A stretch of 44,836 nucleotides of DNA from a virus. Lineage: Duplodnaviria > Caudoviricetes. The notes below the pieces were generated by a model. It was not told the DNA's origin, ran no database searches, and saw only the letters and a program-made list of their open reading frames with translations. The translations under genes were made by a program, and so were the position numbers. The DNA is taken from positions 1 to 44,836 of IMG/VR virus record IMGVR_UViG_3300031910_000015; one strand, 5' to 3'. Numbering within the stretch: the first letter of the stretch is position 1; every line of letters starts with the position of its first letter. Shown here piece after piece: positions 9,448-18,409 of the stretch.

Positions 9448-10405
9448 AGGGGTTCCAGTTCTTTGTGGTAGATTCCATGAACTCGCGCCAGTCGGCCCCA
9501 ATCTCGTGTAGCTCGCAGATGTCGATGGCCCAGCAACCGGCGCAGGTGAACGGGCCTGCGTTCTTGACTACAACTTCAAGACCGCCCTCGCGGACGGCCT
9601 CGATAGTAGAGTGCTCGATTTGGACTCGATTGTACTGTTGATTCCGCTCGTTCGTTCCGCGACGTACAGGATGGCGGTCGAAGTAGGGCGCAGGTTGCTT
9701 CTGACTAACCGAGCCATCCTTGTTCAGGTATTGGCCGGCTGCGTTCACCGGGCGCTCGTCCGGCTTCGCCTTCCGCATGATGTTGAAGAGCACGCCGTCG
9801 ATCTCATCCTTACGCGAGAGCATTCCTTGGCGATGAAGAAACTCGACACCGAATGTGTAGTACGCGCTCGCCTGCGTATCAAGTAGCAGGTAGCGCGTCT
9901 GGATCGCGGCGGCAGTCTTGTGGTCGGGAATCCAGAGCTTGCCGGTGTCGGTGTGACGCCAGACTCCATCGAGCACGCCGACGTAAGTGAACGGCCTCGC
10001 ATGTTTGACGGGAATCTGGAACGGCATCTCAGTGACGACTACTTCCCATTGCCCGTCGTCTCCGTAATGGTCGATGTAGTGTTCCAGCATCGCCACCCCT
10101 AGATCGCCCGCGTTGACCCATCCTTCATCCTCCTCGACGCGGATGCCGAACTCGGACGCCTCGATGACGTCGCGCCGGTACAACTCAGCGAACGTCTCGG
10201 CAGGGTGCGGGCCGCGCGTCAAGCCTCGACGGTAGTAGCGGGCGAGCGCGGCATGTATCAATGATCCGAAGCGCAGGGGTGGTACATCGGTGACAGGTTT
10301 CCGTAGCTCCGCGAACTCCACGTGCCATTTGAACTGGCACCTCATGAACGTCGAGCGCTCCGACGTTCTGAGTAGATTTGGACGCTGCGGCTCGGCTCGG
10401 CTCAA
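9416..10405 (-). CDS. PD-(D/E)xK exonuclease (Cas4/RecB-like)
   Basis: TSERSTFMRC, FGSLIH, TE..GVLD..DHKT, QASAY, C-terminal CxxC..C; GGAGG SD. Confidence 0.85.
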   Translation of the reverse strand: MSRAEPQRPNLLRTSERSTFMRCQFKWHVEFAELRKPVTDVPPLRFGSLIHAALARYYRRGLTRGPHPAETFAELYRRDVIEASEFGIRVEEDEGWVNAGDLGVAMLEHYIDHYGDDGQWEVVVTEMPFQIPVKHARPFTYVGVLDGVWRHTDTGKLWIPDHKTAAAIQTRYLLLDTQASAYYTFGVEFLHRQGMLSRKDEIDGVLFNIMRKAKPDERPVNAAGQYLNKDGSVSQKQPAPYFDRHPVRRGTNERNQQYNRVQIEHSTIEAVREGGLEVVVKNAGPFTCAGCWAIDICELHEIGADWREFMESTTKNWNPYAEHEIYEGR

Positions 10406-10458
10406 TTCGTCCTCCTATTTGTTGGTACCGGCGGCGATTCGGCGGAATCGCTACGGAA

Positions 10459-10487
10459 AGCCTACTAGATAACAACCCCGGCGTCTA
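10459..10487 (-). promoter_or_regulatory. putative sigma70-type promoter for the exonuclease/replication operon
   Basis: Minus strand TAGACG-17 nt-TAGGCT. Confidence 0.45.
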
Positions 10488-10880
10488 GTCTTTTCTTTTT
10501 CCCTGGAAAAACCAGGGGTGCGCTTTCTCCCATACATTTCGATCCGGATTATCGAAATGCCAATGGCATTTCTTACACAATTCTATGTAGTCATTTAGAT
10601 CCCTTCTGTACTCACCCGAAACATTCGCCCATTCAGTGTGAAAGGGTGAACCAAGATAACCAGTGTTACAACCTGGCCTTGAACAGATGCCGGTTTTTAC
10701 TTTGTTCCTGTTCACCCACTTATGAATTGCCTGATATTCCATCGATTTACTATGTGTGGGCAATGGTGCCCTCCATTCGTACCCAAAATTCAGAGGTCGA
10801 GCAACCCTCGCGTATATACGGACGGACGCGCGGGCGGGCCCATCATTCAGCGGCGGCGAGGCAGTGTATCGGATAGCCAT
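10485..10880 (-). CDS. HNH endonuclease-like protein (true start probably MEYQAIH near 10742)
   Basis: Y.AIHKWV...C....C...EWANVSGEYRRDL.DY..LCKKCH; visibly more AT-rich than the flanks. Confidence 0.7.
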   Translation of the reverse strand: MAIRYTASPPLNDGPARASVRIYARVARPLNFGYEWRAPLPTHSKSMEYQAIHKWVNRNKVKTGICSRPGCNTGYLGSPFHTEWANVSGEYRRDLNDYIELCKKCHWHFDNPDRNVWEKAHPWFFQGKRKD

Positions 10881-10943
10881 CGTGCTCCGATCCAGTTTTT
10901 CGCCTAGACCGAACTGCTGGGCCCGCGAGCGCTTCCGTCCGTA

Positions 10944-12857
10944 CTACGCGCGGGCGCGAGGCTTGTTTCTGTGGGCGATTTGCCGGTGAACATCGAGAAC
11001 GATGTCGTTCAGGTTGCTCTTGAGGGCAGTTACACCCGCAATGTACTCCTCGACTGTGTTCAGCGACCTGTAGTAGAAGCAGCTGACCTGATGGAGCTTG
11101 TAAGCTCCGAGGATTCGATCGGTCAACTGCTCTTGATCGTCCGGGTTCCACGTCTCATCCATCACGTGGCAGGTATCCGCACGACCGAGGTCGATTGCCA
11201 CACCGCCGGCAGTCGTAGTCATGACGATCACTCTCGGGCCGTCACCAGATTGGAACGTGCGCTGGATCTCAGCCCGCTCGCCACGCTTGTTCGTGTCGCC
11301 GGTGAGCTTTAGACAGTCGATGCCTTGTTTAGGTAGCCAGTCCGCGATCATGTCCACCGTTCCCTTGAACTGGGACGCGATCACAGCTTGGCTATCACCG
11401 TCAGGATCGTCGGGATCAATCCCGGCTTCCTTTAGACGGTCGAGAAGGAACGGCAACTTGCCGCTGTCTTCGGTCGGACTCAGGTTGAGCACCATCTGTT
11501 TCCCGGTACCAGAGCAGTACCAGCACTCGTTGATGTCGTCGCGTTCCTTGTCCTTGCACCATTTGCAGGTCACTTCTTTCTCGATGACCAGCGAGTACGC
11601 ATTGGCGAATTGCTTCAACCGCAGATACTCGGTCAGGATGCAGTTGGACAGGAGGTGACGCTGCCCCTTGTCCGCCTCGACGTGGCCGATGACGAGTTCG
11701 GCAGCTTCCTCGAACTTGCGGTACTGTGCAGCCTGCGTCGGTGTCATTGGACACCACACGTCGATAGGTAGCTTCTTGGGCAGCTGCGGCAAGACTTCTT
11801 CACGGAGCCGACGCACCATGTACGGTGCATGGGCCGTGTAGAACTCTGCCTCACTACCCGGTTTCAGGCCATGAATCTCGCGGATAGTCTGTTGCCGTCC
11901 GCCTTTGACCCGAATCTGCTTCGTCTCGACGCGGAGCCACTGCTCAGCCCATCGCCACTTTGAGGTAAACGACTTCGGGTACATCAGCTGTAGTGGAGCG
12001 AACAGCTTGATCGGCTTACCGCCAATCGGAGTGCCGCTCAGGAACCACTTGCGTTTCGCCTCTAGCTGCTTCACTGCTGCGAAGAACTGAGACTTCGTAT
12101 TGGACAAACCAGTCCGGTGGAACTCATCCACCGTAACGCTATTCCAGGCTTCCAACGTGAACACGTCCGTGTTCTGTCGCACCATATGAGGCGTCGTCAC
12201 GAGCCAGTATCCCCGCATGACCGCCATAGCTTCGGCAATCGAATCGGGCATATCGGCTCGGACGTTTTGAGGCGTTTCGCCCGAGTAAGTGAACACGGGC
12301 ATGCGCTGCCATCGCTCTAGCTCGTAGCGCCAGACTGTTTCCAGGCTGGTCTGCGGAGCGATTACGAGATGCGGGCCTTCATGAATCCCCGCCTCGTAGA
12401 CGGCACCAATGACCTCTAGCGTTTTCCCCAGACGCGGCTGATTGCCGTTGATCGCGGAAGTCGCTGCCATGAACTTGATGTCCGCTCGCTGATAGGGCCG
12501 ATCTGGCCATCCTGTAGTCTCACCACGGATGAACGCATCGAGCCCCGGCAGCAGACCGGGCATGTTCACTAGCACAGCATCGTCCGAAAGAACCATGCTC
12601 GCTAGCGATTGCTCCTGGCTAACGGCATCGCGACCCCAGGTGACTAGGTCACGACCGAGCAGGAGTTGATCACCGAACAGTTGCCGGAGCCGTCGAGCCG
12701 TCGCCAGGTCGAGTGGTACGAGCCATGCTGGCCCGCCTCGTTCTGGCGGCAGGAATCGACGCCCAGGAACTGTCTTGATGTCCCTCACTGTACCGGCATC
12801 GAACGAGAAAGTCAACCGTATCGCTTCGCCGACCTTCTCTGCCATAATCTGAGACAT
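10944..12857 (-). CDS. SNF2-family helicase
   Basis: PRLGKT, VDEFH, LSGTP, MVRRL, SGKL, GVAIDL, WNP..EQ..DR; start at MSQIM after AAGGAGGGTAC. Confidence 0.9.
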   Translation of the reverse strand: MSQIMAEKVGEAIRLTFSFDAGTVRDIKTVPGRRFLPPERGGPAWLVPLDLATARRLRQLFGDQLLLGRDLVTWGRDAVSQEQSLASMVLSDDAVLVNMPGLLPGLDAFIRGETTGWPDRPYQRADIKFMAATSAINGNQPRLGKTLEVIGAVYEAGIHEGPHLVIAPQTSLETVWRYELERWQRMPVFTYSGETPQNVRADMPDSIAEAMAVMRGYWLVTTPHMVRQNTDVFTLEAWNSVTVDEFHRTGLSNTKSQFFAAVKQLEAKRKWFLSGTPIGGKPIKLFAPLQLMYPKSFTSKWRWAEQWLRVETKQIRVKGGRQQTIREIHGLKPGSEAEFYTAHAPYMVRRLREEVLPQLPKKLPIDVWCPMTPTQAAQYRKFEEAAELVIGHVEADKGQRHLLSNCILTEYLRLKQFANAYSLVIEKEVTCKWCKDKERDDINECWYCSGTGKQMVLNLSPTEDSGKLPFLLDRLKEAGIDPDDPDGDSQAVIASQFKGTVDMIADWLPKQGIDCLKLTGDTNKRGERAEIQRTFQSGDGPRVIVMTTTAGGVAIDLGRADTCHVMDETWNPDDQEQLTDRILGAYKLHQVSCFYYRSLNTVEEYIAGVTALKSNLNDIVLDVHRQIAHRNKPRARA

Positions 12858-12915
12858 GTACCCTCCTTTTCGTATACAGCTAGGGCTTTGTGTACTGGCC
12901 CCTAGCCAGTTGGAA

Positions 12916-13017
12916 CGGTGTCCCGCTCCTCCGAGAGCCACCGCGCGGAGGGTACAACAGACGCGATGACTCTCGGAGCAGCGGGGCGCGATAGGAGGAG
13001 CCTACCGCGCCACACCG
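12916..13017 (-). ncRNA. candidate three-way-junction antisense RNA or leader element with anti-SD loops
   Basis: Stems 12916-21/13012-17, 12922-27/12980-85, 12929-46/12961-78, 12986-95/13001-10; wobble pairs work on the minus strand; loops CUGUUGUACCCUCC and CUCCU. Confidence 0.55.
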
Positions 13018-13022
13018 CTCGC

Positions 13023-13349
13023 TCACTTGCCCCTCAGGGCAAGTCGCTGGGCTCTCGTCCGCGCCTTGATGACCGGCTTCTTGCTCCGAATCGCATCAAT
13101 TTGCTTCTGAGAGACACCCTTGATGGCTAGAACGCTCATTGTCGATACGGTACGCATGAACCCAAACCGACTATATCCGCCGCGAGGGTCAATAAACCGC
13201 TCGCTCCAGAATTGAATCAGCGGGTCTTTGCGCGTCCCGTGCTTCGTTTCGCCAGCCGGCAAGAACTGGTGGAACTTCTCGCACTTGTACTCGTCCACCG
13301 AATCGATGGACAGTTGGCCATCGTTGCTGAGTATCGAGGTTAGTACCAC
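13023..13349 (-). CDS. hypothetical protein (N-terminus may extend upstream)
   Basis: The frame continues upstream as TDEEIRQLIEGKTL with no ATG/GTG/TTG. Confidence 0.6.
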   Translation of the reverse strand: MVLTSILSNDGQLSIDSVDEYKCEKFHQFLPAGETKHGTRKDPLIQFWSERFIDPRGGYSRFGFMRTVSTMSVLAIKGVSQKQIDAIRSKKPVIKARTRAQRLALRGK

Positions 13350-13420
13350 CAGTGTCTTGCCTTCGATCAGCTGACGAATCTCCTCATCTGTACCAGGATG
13401 CGCTACTGTACCGACAAAGG

Positions 13421-13885
13421 CTAAGGGCGGCGCGACACCAGTTGGGCTCGCGTGCGATTCTTGGCCGGTGTCTTCTTGGCCGGTGTCTTCTTCGCAGCGG
13501 GCTTCTTGGCGGACGACTTCTTGGGCTCTGCCGGTGCATTCGGCGGACGCTTGCCGCGTCCGATGTAGCTCTCGTCCAGGTCGCCACCGGCCTCCTCATA
13601 CATCTGCCGGGCCGAGTTGATCGAGATGTCGGCACGAGCCGCGATCCGCTCCCAGCGCAGGTTCTGCTGGTCGCGAGCCTTCTTGACGTTGGCACCCGTC
13701 GCCTTGAACTTCAGGGACGGATCGGCCACCGGCTCCGCGTAGTACATCAGCTGGATCGCAGTGTTGCGACCCACCTTCATACCGGACTCGATGGCCTTGT
13801 ACACGTCGGCGTCTTTGTCGTCGCCGTCGAACTTGGCGACAATCTTCGCCGCCTTCTGGATCAAGCTCTCGTCGAGCTTGGCCAT
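13421..13885 (-). CDS. HTH DNA-binding protein with histone-H1-like PAKK tail
   Basis: LRWERIAARADISINSARQMY helix-turn-helix; tail KKPAAKKTPAKKTPAK. Confidence 0.7.
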   Translation of the reverse strand: MAKLDESLIQKAAKIVAKFDGDDKDADVYKAIESGMKVGRNTAIQLMYYAEPVADPSLKFKATGANVKKARDQQNLRWERIAARADISINSARQMYEEAGGDLDESYIGRGKRPPNAPAEPKKSSAKKPAAKKTPAKKTPAKNRTRAQLVSRRP

Positions 13886-14005
13886 GATACCCTCCTTCCG
13901 TGGATTTGTAACGACAGCCGAGGTAGAGTATACCTCATCAGCTGCCGGATGGCTAGGGGTAGCTCATCCAGGCCTCACCCGCGTTTACAGGTGAGACCTG
14001 CATTG

Positions 14006-14284
14006 CTACGCCACGAGCTTTAGCGCTGGAAATCGCCCCTTTATGCGCCGGTTGATGAACTGCCCGACGCTCGGAGCATACGCTGCGGCGACCGCTCGCT
14101 GTCTACTCACTCCAAAGTAGACGTAGGTGTTTCCGGTCAGGTACGTGACGTACATGTTGCCGAAAACATCCCAGCCGACTCGTCGGACGTTCGAGCTTTC
14201 AACGATGCGGAAGTTGACGAAAACATCCTGCGGTGGTCTACCCGGCAGGCGCACGGGGATGCTGTCATTCTTCGTCACCATCAT
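14006..14284 (-). CDS. KTSC domain protein
   Basis: VESSNVRRVGWD...YVYFGV......APSVGQFINRRIKGRF matches the KTSC pattern. Confidence 0.85.
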   Translation of the reverse strand: MMVTKNDSIPVRLPGRPPQDVFVNFRIVESSNVRRVGWDVFGNMYVTYLTGNTYVYFGVSRQRAVAAAYAPSVGQFINRRIKGRFPALKLVA

Positions 14285-14528
14285 CTTCACTTGGCTCTGC
14301 GATCCTTCGACCATAAACGACACGCTCCAGAAAGTCGGTCATATGCTGGAGACAGAATGCGAACACCAGTGGTTCATCCTCATCTTCTACTTCTAGGACA
14401 ATTCCCACAGTTCGGATGTGCTCGTCACAGTCGTCTTCACTCGGACGATTTTTGGCCATACATGCGTGGCCCCAAGTGTCGATCAGTACACCAACCTGCG
14501 CGAACTGATCTGGATCGACATGCGCCAA
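14265..14528 (-). CDS. hypothetical Cys/His-containing protein
   Basis: TTG start right after the start-associated motif. Confidence 0.6.
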   Translation of the reverse strand: MAHVDPDQFAQVGVLIDTWGHACMAKNRPSEDDCDEHIRTVGIVLEVEDEDEPLVFAFCLQHMTDFLERVVYGRRIAEPSEDDGDEE

Positions 14529-14595
14529 AGTGTACCCTCCTTTCTTCGTTGTTGACCTTCCGAGCCCGTCTCCGTGACGAGACGGACTCGCGAGG

Positions 14596-14799
14596 TCAAG
14601 TGATGACCTTGTTCGCCTTCAGTAGCTGAATGATCGTGCTCCGGTCGGCGTTGATCCCGCCGGTACGAGCTAGCCACATTGTGTAGTCGATGATCTCGCC
14701 GCGATTCTTGAACTCGGCAGAGAAAATCTCCTTGTTGGTCGCCGTCTTGACGGTGATGACGTTGCCAGACCTCGTTACTTGTAAGTCGAGCTTTGCCAT
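14596..14799 (-). CDS. hypothetical protein
   Basis: Starts immediately after the DUF6011 stop codon. Confidence 0.65.
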   Translation of the reverse strand: MAKLDLQVTRSGNVITVKTATNKEIFSAEFKNRGEIIDYTMWLARTGGINADRSTIIQLLKANKVIT

Positions 14800-15342
14800 C
14801 TACCACCCGGCACCTTGTGCGCAGATCGGGCCGATGCCACGAGCGCGAGAATCAGCATCGGTCAGAGTGCGGCCACAGATGCCGCACTTGCCAAGCTCGC
14901 GCCCGAAGCGCATGCTGGCTTCCTTTGGATTCTCGGCGATCTTGTCGAGGATGAACTTCTTCGACTCCTTGTTGCGAATCGGATGAAGCTCATCGCTCGC
15001 GCGAACGCTGAGGAATGTCCAGCCTGACCATTTGCCCGAACTCGGGCGATCCACGTGGTAGAACTGGAGCACACCTTGCTCGTTCTCGACTGCGTAGCGT
15101 CCCGCCGGCACCATGGGCCACTGATCAGCCCGGATCACCTGACGCTTCGGTAGCAGCTTCATGGCGTCGATGACGCGCGAGGCTTGCTCCCGATTGATCT
15201 GCGTGTTCTCCTCGGTGTCACCGAGCTTCTCATCGAGCCACTGCTGCTGCTCTTCCGAGATGACACGCTGAGCCATCAGGTCTTTGATCCAGATGATCTG
15301 CGGCGTCGTGGCGGGCTTGTCTTTGTGCACGACTTCCGTCAT
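14800..15342 (-). CDS. DUF6011 domain protein
   Basis: C-terminal CGICGRTLTDADSRARGIGPICA. Confidence 0.8.
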   Translation of the reverse strand: MTEVVHKDKPATTPQIIWIKDLMAQRVISEEQQQWLDEKLGDTEENTQINREQASRVIDAMKLLPKRQVIRADQWPMVPAGRYAVENEQGVLQFYHVDRPSSGKWSGWTFLSVRASDELHPIRNKESKKFILDKIAENPKEASMRFGRELGKCGICGRTLTDADSRARGIGPICAQGAGW

Positions 15343-15417
15343 ACTGTACCCTCCTTCCTGGTCAGGAGCATATGCTCCCGCACCTACCCCGACCGCAGTG
15401 GGGTAGGAACGGCAGCA

Positions 15418-15771
15418 TTACTTCTTCTTGCTGCTGCGCTTGAACGTACTCGGTCGCTTCTTGGACTCTTCAACCGGAGTGCTAGACCACTTCTGGAGTT
15501 TCTTCGTAGGCCCAACCTCAACCTGGATCGAAGCCATCGGTAATCTGCCGAGTACGGGCTTGACGAGCAAGAACTCGTTGCCGCGCTTGTGCTCGATGGT
15601 GAACTCGCGTTCCTTGATCACCACCTTGCGCTCACCTTTCTTGAACGCGCGACGGATGATATTCTGACTCGCGACGGTGAGCAGATCGCCGCTGCTGAGC
15701 GTTGTATGCGTTGGTTTGCGCGATCTAGTCACGGCCGAAGCCTTGGGGCAGTTCAGCACCTTCGGCTTCAT
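15418..15771 (-). CDS. hypothetical basic protein (start uncertain)
   Basis: Fills the operon gap; Lys-rich C-terminus. Confidence 0.55.
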   Translation of the reverse strand: MKPKVLNCPKASAVTRSRKPTHTTLSSGDLLTVASQNIIRRAFKKGERKVVIKEREFTIEHKRGNEFLLVKPVLGRLPMASIQVEVGPTKKLQKWSSTPVEESKKRPSTFKRSSKKK

Positions 15772-16048
15772 CGAGTACCGATTCGACCCCTTCCCAATTA
15801 CTCATGGGATCGTTAGCCATCGATTCGATGTCGATGTCCGCCACAGCGTTGAGCTTCTCACCCAACGCACTGCCCTGAAGATTCTCGGGCAGATTGTCGC
15901 GCCAGTCGATGTACTCTTGCTGGACTTCGGCTAGGTTCTGGAACGCGCTCGCGAGGTCGTCCTGATGCTCCTTGACGCCTTCGTACGCACTCCGAGCCTC
16001 TTGGATCGCGTCATTCCAACGCGCAGTCCGGCTCTTCTGCTTCGCCAT
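15725..16048 (-). CDS. hypothetical helical protein
   Basis: Start-associated motif; W.DNLPENLQGS..GE.L pattern. Confidence 0.7.
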   Translation of the reverse strand: MAKQKSRTARWNDAIQEARSAYEGVKEHQDDLASAFQNLAEVQQEYIDWRDNLPENLQGSALGEKLNAVADIDIESMANDPMSNWEGVESVLDEAEGAELPQGFGRD

Positions 16049-16107
16049 TGTACCCTCCTTTCGTAGTGCGGGATTGCACCGGAAGGCTCGCTTGCGCGAG
16101 CCAACCG

Positions 16108-16413
16108 CTACATCACGTCACTGTCGTCCATCGCCGGCATGTACTCGATCCGGCGGATCGGCGTCGGCTGCCAGACGGTGCCGACTTCCTTGTTCTCGGG
16201 CATCTTCCAGACGGTGCCCGTTCCTTGGCTCACGTAGAACTCCTGTCCAGCGCCATCGAAGCATGTCCAGCCTGCGTCCCAGCAATACATGCTAGGTTCG
16301 TACGGTTGGAACTCCTCGACCGTGAGCTTGGCGGTCACCCACTGGACTCGAACCGGAATCTGTCCGTTGTCGGACTCTTCCAATTCCAGGCCCCAGAGAT
16401 CAGTCTCGATCAC
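16108..16413 (-). CDS. hypothetical acidic protein
   Basis: Overlaps the end of the upstream gene. Confidence 0.55.
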   Translation of the reverse strand: MIETDLWGLELEESDNGQIPVRVQWVTAKLTVEEFQPYEPSMYCWDAGWTCFDGAGQEFYVSQGTGTVWKMPENKEVGTVWQPTPIRRIEYMPAMDDSDVM

Positions 16414-16795
16414 GTCGGTTCACTTCCATCAGTACCTTGCGGTACTTGGCGGTCGTCTGCATCCTGCCGTTGAGCCATCCGCGTCGCTTGTACTCAGCGA
16501 GTAGGATGGACGCGACCTTGGTATCGGAAGCGTGTCCGACATATAGGTCGATCAGATCGGTATTCTGCAAGCCCTCGGGGTTGAGAACGCCTCGGAGTAG
16601 CAGGTAGATTTGATACGCCGCCAACACATCCGTTTTCTTGCGGCCACACTGCAGGCCATAGTGCTCACGGACGAACTTGGCGATGCTACGACCGCTGGAG
16701 TGCTTCATACCGATGCACTCCAACCTGAGCGCTCCCAGCTGCGAGAGCATGAACCAAGCGCGGATTTGATCCGGCTGGTCTAGCATGATTTCCAT
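16400..16795 (-). CDS. hypothetical protein
   Basis: Start MEIML follows the start-associated motif. Confidence 0.7.
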   Translation of the reverse strand: MEIMLDQPDQIRAWFMLSQLGALRLECIGMKHSSGRSIAKFVREHYGLQCGRKKTDVLAAYQIYLLLRGVLNPEGLQNTDLIDLYVGHASDTKVASILLAEYKRRGWLNGRMQTTAKYRKVLMEVNRRDRD

Positions 16796-16859
16796 GTACC
16801 CTCCTTTCAATTGTACTCGAATGAGCACAAGCCGAGACGGTCATTGTCCCGGCTTCTAC

Positions 16860-17024
16860 TCACTTGACGATGATCTGAACGGTCTTGCCAGCGAGTAGCT
16901 CGTCGATGGCGACGGCGATCTCATTCATCGAGATGCCTTCTTCAGACTTGAAGCCGTAGTCGTTTGACATCAGCTTCAGAGTCATCGACATCGCGCGCAG
17001 CTTATCACCGTCTTTCTTGGTCAC
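16860..17024 (-). CDS. 54-aa hypothetical protein (not in the ORF track)
   Basis: GTGA overlap with the DUF2786 stop; MTKKDGDKLRAM...QIIVK. Confidence 0.6.
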   Translation of the reverse strand: MTKKDGDKLRAMSMTLKLMSNDYGFKSEEGISMNEIAVAIDELLAGKTVQIIVK

Positions 17025-17995
17025 TTCTCGATCCCCTTTCTGCTACCGGGCATCGTGGAGCCGCGAGTCTCGATGCGAGCTTCGGCGCCAGCCTGACCAC
17101 CCTTGGCCATCGACGCCCAGTTGACCGCTCGGGTGTCCGCGCGACCGCGTACCGGCTTGCGCTTGTCCTTGCAAGCTCGGCATTGACAGCCTTGTTCGTG
17201 CGGACGAAGATCGCCGAACATGTCGTACATCGCTTCGCGGGCGATGTCACGCGCGTCCCTGAGCGCCGGCAGAAGGCTTCCAGTTGCTGCCTCCTGCTCG
17301 CCGCGCATAGCGCGCAGCCGCTCTTGGATCTTGTAGGTGTATCCCCAGGCGAAGTTCCGTTGGTGCGTCTCGGGGTTGGTCTGCTTCACTGGTTCGATGC
17401 CCTGACGCTCACACTCGCGCCGGTACATCTTCACCCAGCTTCCCTTGACGGTGGACGGGCCGGTGATGGCATCCAGCTGTCCAGACCAGTTCGCGATCTG
17501 AACCCAAGACATTCCGGCCTCCTTGCCGCGCGTGATGTTCTGCGCTAGCGTGAGGTCGGGGTTGAACTTCGGCTGGGTCTTGTCCACCATCTGCAGGTAG
17601 AGACTCGTGAACAGCATGTTCGCGTAGTTGAGGTCGCTGCTCAGGCCGAACACCGGCATCTTGTACCGGCTATCGCCTTCACCTTGACCCGACGCGAGCT
17701 TGCTGGTCGCGATCACGCAGGAGCAGTGAGACATGATCGAAGCGAACAACGACCACAGCTGCTCATGGATCGGTGAACGGAAGTACCAGCCGAAGTCCAT
17801 TTCGTGCATCTCGGGCTTCAGAGCGCTCGTGTCGCCGCGTTGCCTCGCCTCCCATTCCTCGATGGCGTACTTCGCCATCATGTCGTCGGCGCGACGGAGA
17901 CATTGCTCACGTTCATGCTCGAACTCGGTTGACTCAGCACGGGCGATCAAAGCCTGGACTTTCCTCAGGATGTCATCCCGATCAAACTTACTCAT
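17021..17995 (-). CDS. DUF2786 domain protein
   Basis: ILRKVQALIARAEST..EHE......A..MMAKYAI N-terminus; start-associated motif. Confidence 0.8.
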   Translation of the reverse strand: MSKFDRDDILRKVQALIARAESTEFEHEREQCLRRADDMMAKYAIEEWEARQRGDTSALKPEMHEMDFGWYFRSPIHEQLWSLFASIMSHCSCVIATSKLASGQGEGDSRYKMPVFGLSSDLNYANMLFTSLYLQMVDKTQPKFNPDLTLAQNITRGKEAGMSWVQIANWSGQLDAITGPSTVKGSWVKMYRRECERQGIEPVKQTNPETHQRNFAWGYTYKIQERLRAMRGEQEAATGSLLPALRDARDIAREAMYDMFGDLRPHEQGCQCRACKDKRKPVRGRADTRAVNWASMAKGGQAGAEARIETRGSTMPGSRKGIEK

Positions 17996-18071
17996 GTACC
18001 CTCCTTTCGTGGTGTCCGGATGAACACCGTGCCCCGCGCGGGGAGAGTATGGCGCGGGACACGCTGGCCAA

Positions 18072-18332
18072 TTACGGACTTGGCCGACCTTTGTACGGAT
18101 GAGCGAGGTCTTCACTGAAGTCTGGCGGCAGATACGTGCCTTTGACGGGCTCGATGTGCCAGATCCATTTCTTCGCTTGGTCGAACACCGATGATGCTTC
18201 AAACGCATCGATGAACTCCATTGCATCGACGCTGTCATCGAGCACCTTGACTATTTCGATGCCGGCGAATGGATCCGTGGCATGTGACGATTCAGGATTG
18301 ATTTCCGGCCTGAACAACATGATGACCTGCAT
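18072..18332 (-). CDS. hypothetical protein
   Basis: Start-associated motif. Confidence 0.65.
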   Translation of the reverse strand: MQVIMLFRPEINPESSHATDPFAGIEIVKVLDDSVDAMEFIDAFEASSVFDQAKKWIWHIEPVKGTYLPPDFSEDLAHPYKGRPSP

Positions 18333-18409
18333 CTATTTGTACCCTCCTTTCTAGTGACCTCATGGCCACTGACCTACGCTCCCAACCGAGAGGGAGCGCA
18401 AGCCACTGG

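Noticed and set aside
9416-10405. Cas4-like nuclease as evidence of a CRISPR system
   Set aside because: No repeat-spacer array or other cas genes; it sits in a standard Sak4/SSB recombination module
13915-13945. CUGAUGAG on the minus strand suggested a hammerhead ribozyme
   Set aside because: The following stem is not followed by the required GAAA; it is better explained as a plain hairpin
17021-18238. Extended N-termini given by the ORF track (also 5686, 8427, 12941, 16828, 19829, 20520, 31781, 34024)
   Set aside because: They overlap upstream genes or structured leaders; SD-supported or coupled internal starts fit better
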